Positions 63,045-64,000 of a stretch of DNA of 64,000 bases are shown in pieces. The translations under genes and the position numbers were made by a program. Position 1 is the stretch's first letter. Each line of letters begins with the position of its first letter. Below the pieces are notes generated by a model. The model was given only the letters and a program-made list of their open reading frames with translations. It was not told the DNA's origin and did not search any database. This DNA comes from an uncultured Bacteriovoracaceae bacterium. GTDB taxonomy: Bacteria > Bdellovibrionota > UBA2428. The stretch is taken from NCBI GenBank assembly GCA_964477895.1, contig CAYZFQ010000002.1, positions 278,851 to 342,850 of the forward strand. Reading direction: 5' to 3'.

Positions 63045-64000
63045 GATCCATCCGCCGCAACTTCGGGCAAAAAATAGCCATCACACCCACCGTCACCAAA
63101 CACGCCAAGCCCCCCGCAAAAACCGAAGGCACCGTACCCAGCAAGCGCGCGGCCACACCCGACTCAAATTGACCCAACTCATTGGATGAGCCGATAAAAA
63201 TAGAATTCACCGCGGAAATCCTTCCACGCATCTCATCGGGTGAAGACAACTGCACGGCGGCTCCTCGAATCACCATACTCACACTATCAAGTCCCCCACT
63301 CACAGCGAGAGCTGCAATCGAGAGCCAAATATTCGTGCTCACGGCAAAAACCAAAATACAAAGTCCAAAACCCGCCACCGACGACAACAAAATTTTTCCC
63401 GCACCGGCCCCAAAAGTTTTTTTGGTTAATACCCAACTCACCAATACGGCACCTATCGCGGGAGCCGCACGCAGCAAACCCAGTCCCTTTGGCCCCACCA
63501 TCAAAATATCTGCGGCATAAATCGGTAGGATTGCCGTGACCCCTCCGAAGAGGACCGAAAACATATCCAAAGATAGAGCGGGCAATAATATGGGATGCGA
63601 GAAGACAAAGCGCACGCCCACCAGCAATTCGTCTTTAAGTGACTTTTGCGGACTCCGAGCTTCAGGAGGCATGATTTTCGTGCGAATCCGCAATACCGAA
63701 AAAATTCCGAGCACCAAAGTCGACGAAATCACTACGGCCGATATCTTGGCTCCAAAAAAGCCAAAAACCATTCCCCCAATGGCGGGGCCTGAAATGCGTG
63801 CAACATGCATGGTGATTCCGGTCCAAGCCGAGGCTTGGGCCAAGTCAGACCGAGCGATGAGCCGAGGCACCGCGGAATAAATAGCCGGCTGTGAAAAGCC
63901 CGCCGCTATTCCCGAAGTGAATCCTGCCAGGAAAAGCGCCACTATTTGGGTGCTCAGCGAAATCTGAGCCGCAAAAATCTGAGTACCAAGGAGAATAAGC
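63013..64000 (-). CDS. MFS transporter (partial; N-terminus beyond the window)
   Basis: The polytopic hydrophobic ORF stays open to the window edge (..LILLGTQIFAAQISLSTQIVALFLAGF..). Its 3' end overlaps the convergent gene by 32 nt. Confidence 0.7.
   Translation of the reverse strand, partial: LILLGTQIFAAQISLSTQIVALFLAGFTSGIAAGFSQPAIYSAVPRLIARSDLAQASAWTGITMHVARISGPAIGGMVFGFFGAKISAVVISSTLVLGIFSVLRIRTKIMPPEARSPQKSLKDELLVGVRFVFSHPILLPALSLDMFSVLFGGVTAILPIYAADILMVGPKGLGLLRAAPAIGAVLVSWVLTKKTFGAGAGKILLSSVAGFGLCILVFAVSTNIWLSIAALAVSGGLDSVSMVIRGAAVQLSSPDEMRGRISAVNSIFIGSSNELGQFESGVAARLLGTVPSVFAGGLACLVTVGVMAIFCPKLRRMDLKALAESSQV

Noticed and set aside
1-64000. Search for canonical mobile-element or defence content (transposase, integrase, CRISPR repeats, restriction-modification, toxin-antitoxin, retron or reverse-transcriptase motifs).
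   Set aside because: No DDE or tyrosine/serine recombinase motifs were seen in any ORF of the six-frame track. Nor were any regularly spaced direct repeats, YxDD reverse-transcriptase box, or small adjacent toxin-antitoxin-like gene pairs. The unusual content of this window is regulatory and architectural rather than a recognisable defence island.

Overview
This is a dense chromosomal window of about 60 genes at roughly 50% GC, from a Gram-negative bacterium. The Gram-negative call rests on lpxH, an msbA-like exporter, a GT9 heptosyltransferase, and many outer-membrane beta-barrels and lipoproteins. The mix of secreted hydrolases, SpoVR/YeaH and an L,D-transpeptidase is reminiscent of Bdellovibrio-like lineages, but I cannot verify taxonomy. 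I found no rRNA, tRNA, CRISPR array, transposase, integrase or recognisable defence or toxin-antitoxin genes. Housekeeping content includes a compact shikimate operon (aroB-aroA-aroK/D/E fusion-aroC), yebC, fadD, yhhQ, an aminotransferase, valS, an isolated rplC, an RluA-family synthase, a SAM methyltransferase, arfB, an M3 and an M28 peptidase, pirin and YceI. All genes from 19092 to 37925 lie on the minus strand. The items most worth follow-up are listed here. (1) Five sigma-54-type -24/-12 promoters sit in front of secreted or unknown proteins; three have a shared 19-bp palindrome upstream, which suggests an enhancer-dependent regulon. (2) Two families of intergenic inverted-repeat elements occur, one of which is positioned in the same way relative to two of the sigma-54 modules. 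(3) The shikimate genes follow the domain order of the eukaryotic AROM protein, including a trifunctional AroK-AroD-AroE fusion. (4) Tgt is fused to an MnmC-type methyltransferase domain. (5) An operon encodes an SGNH esterase, three paralogous FadL/PorV-like barrels and a lipoprotein downstream of an orphan histidine kinase. (6) There is an orphan family-5 solute-binding protein translationally coupled to a hybrid kinase, a secreted Arg/Glu-repeat protein, and a trypsin-fold lipoprotein that appears to lack the catalytic His. All functional calls come from motif recognition by eye, and no database search was possible.
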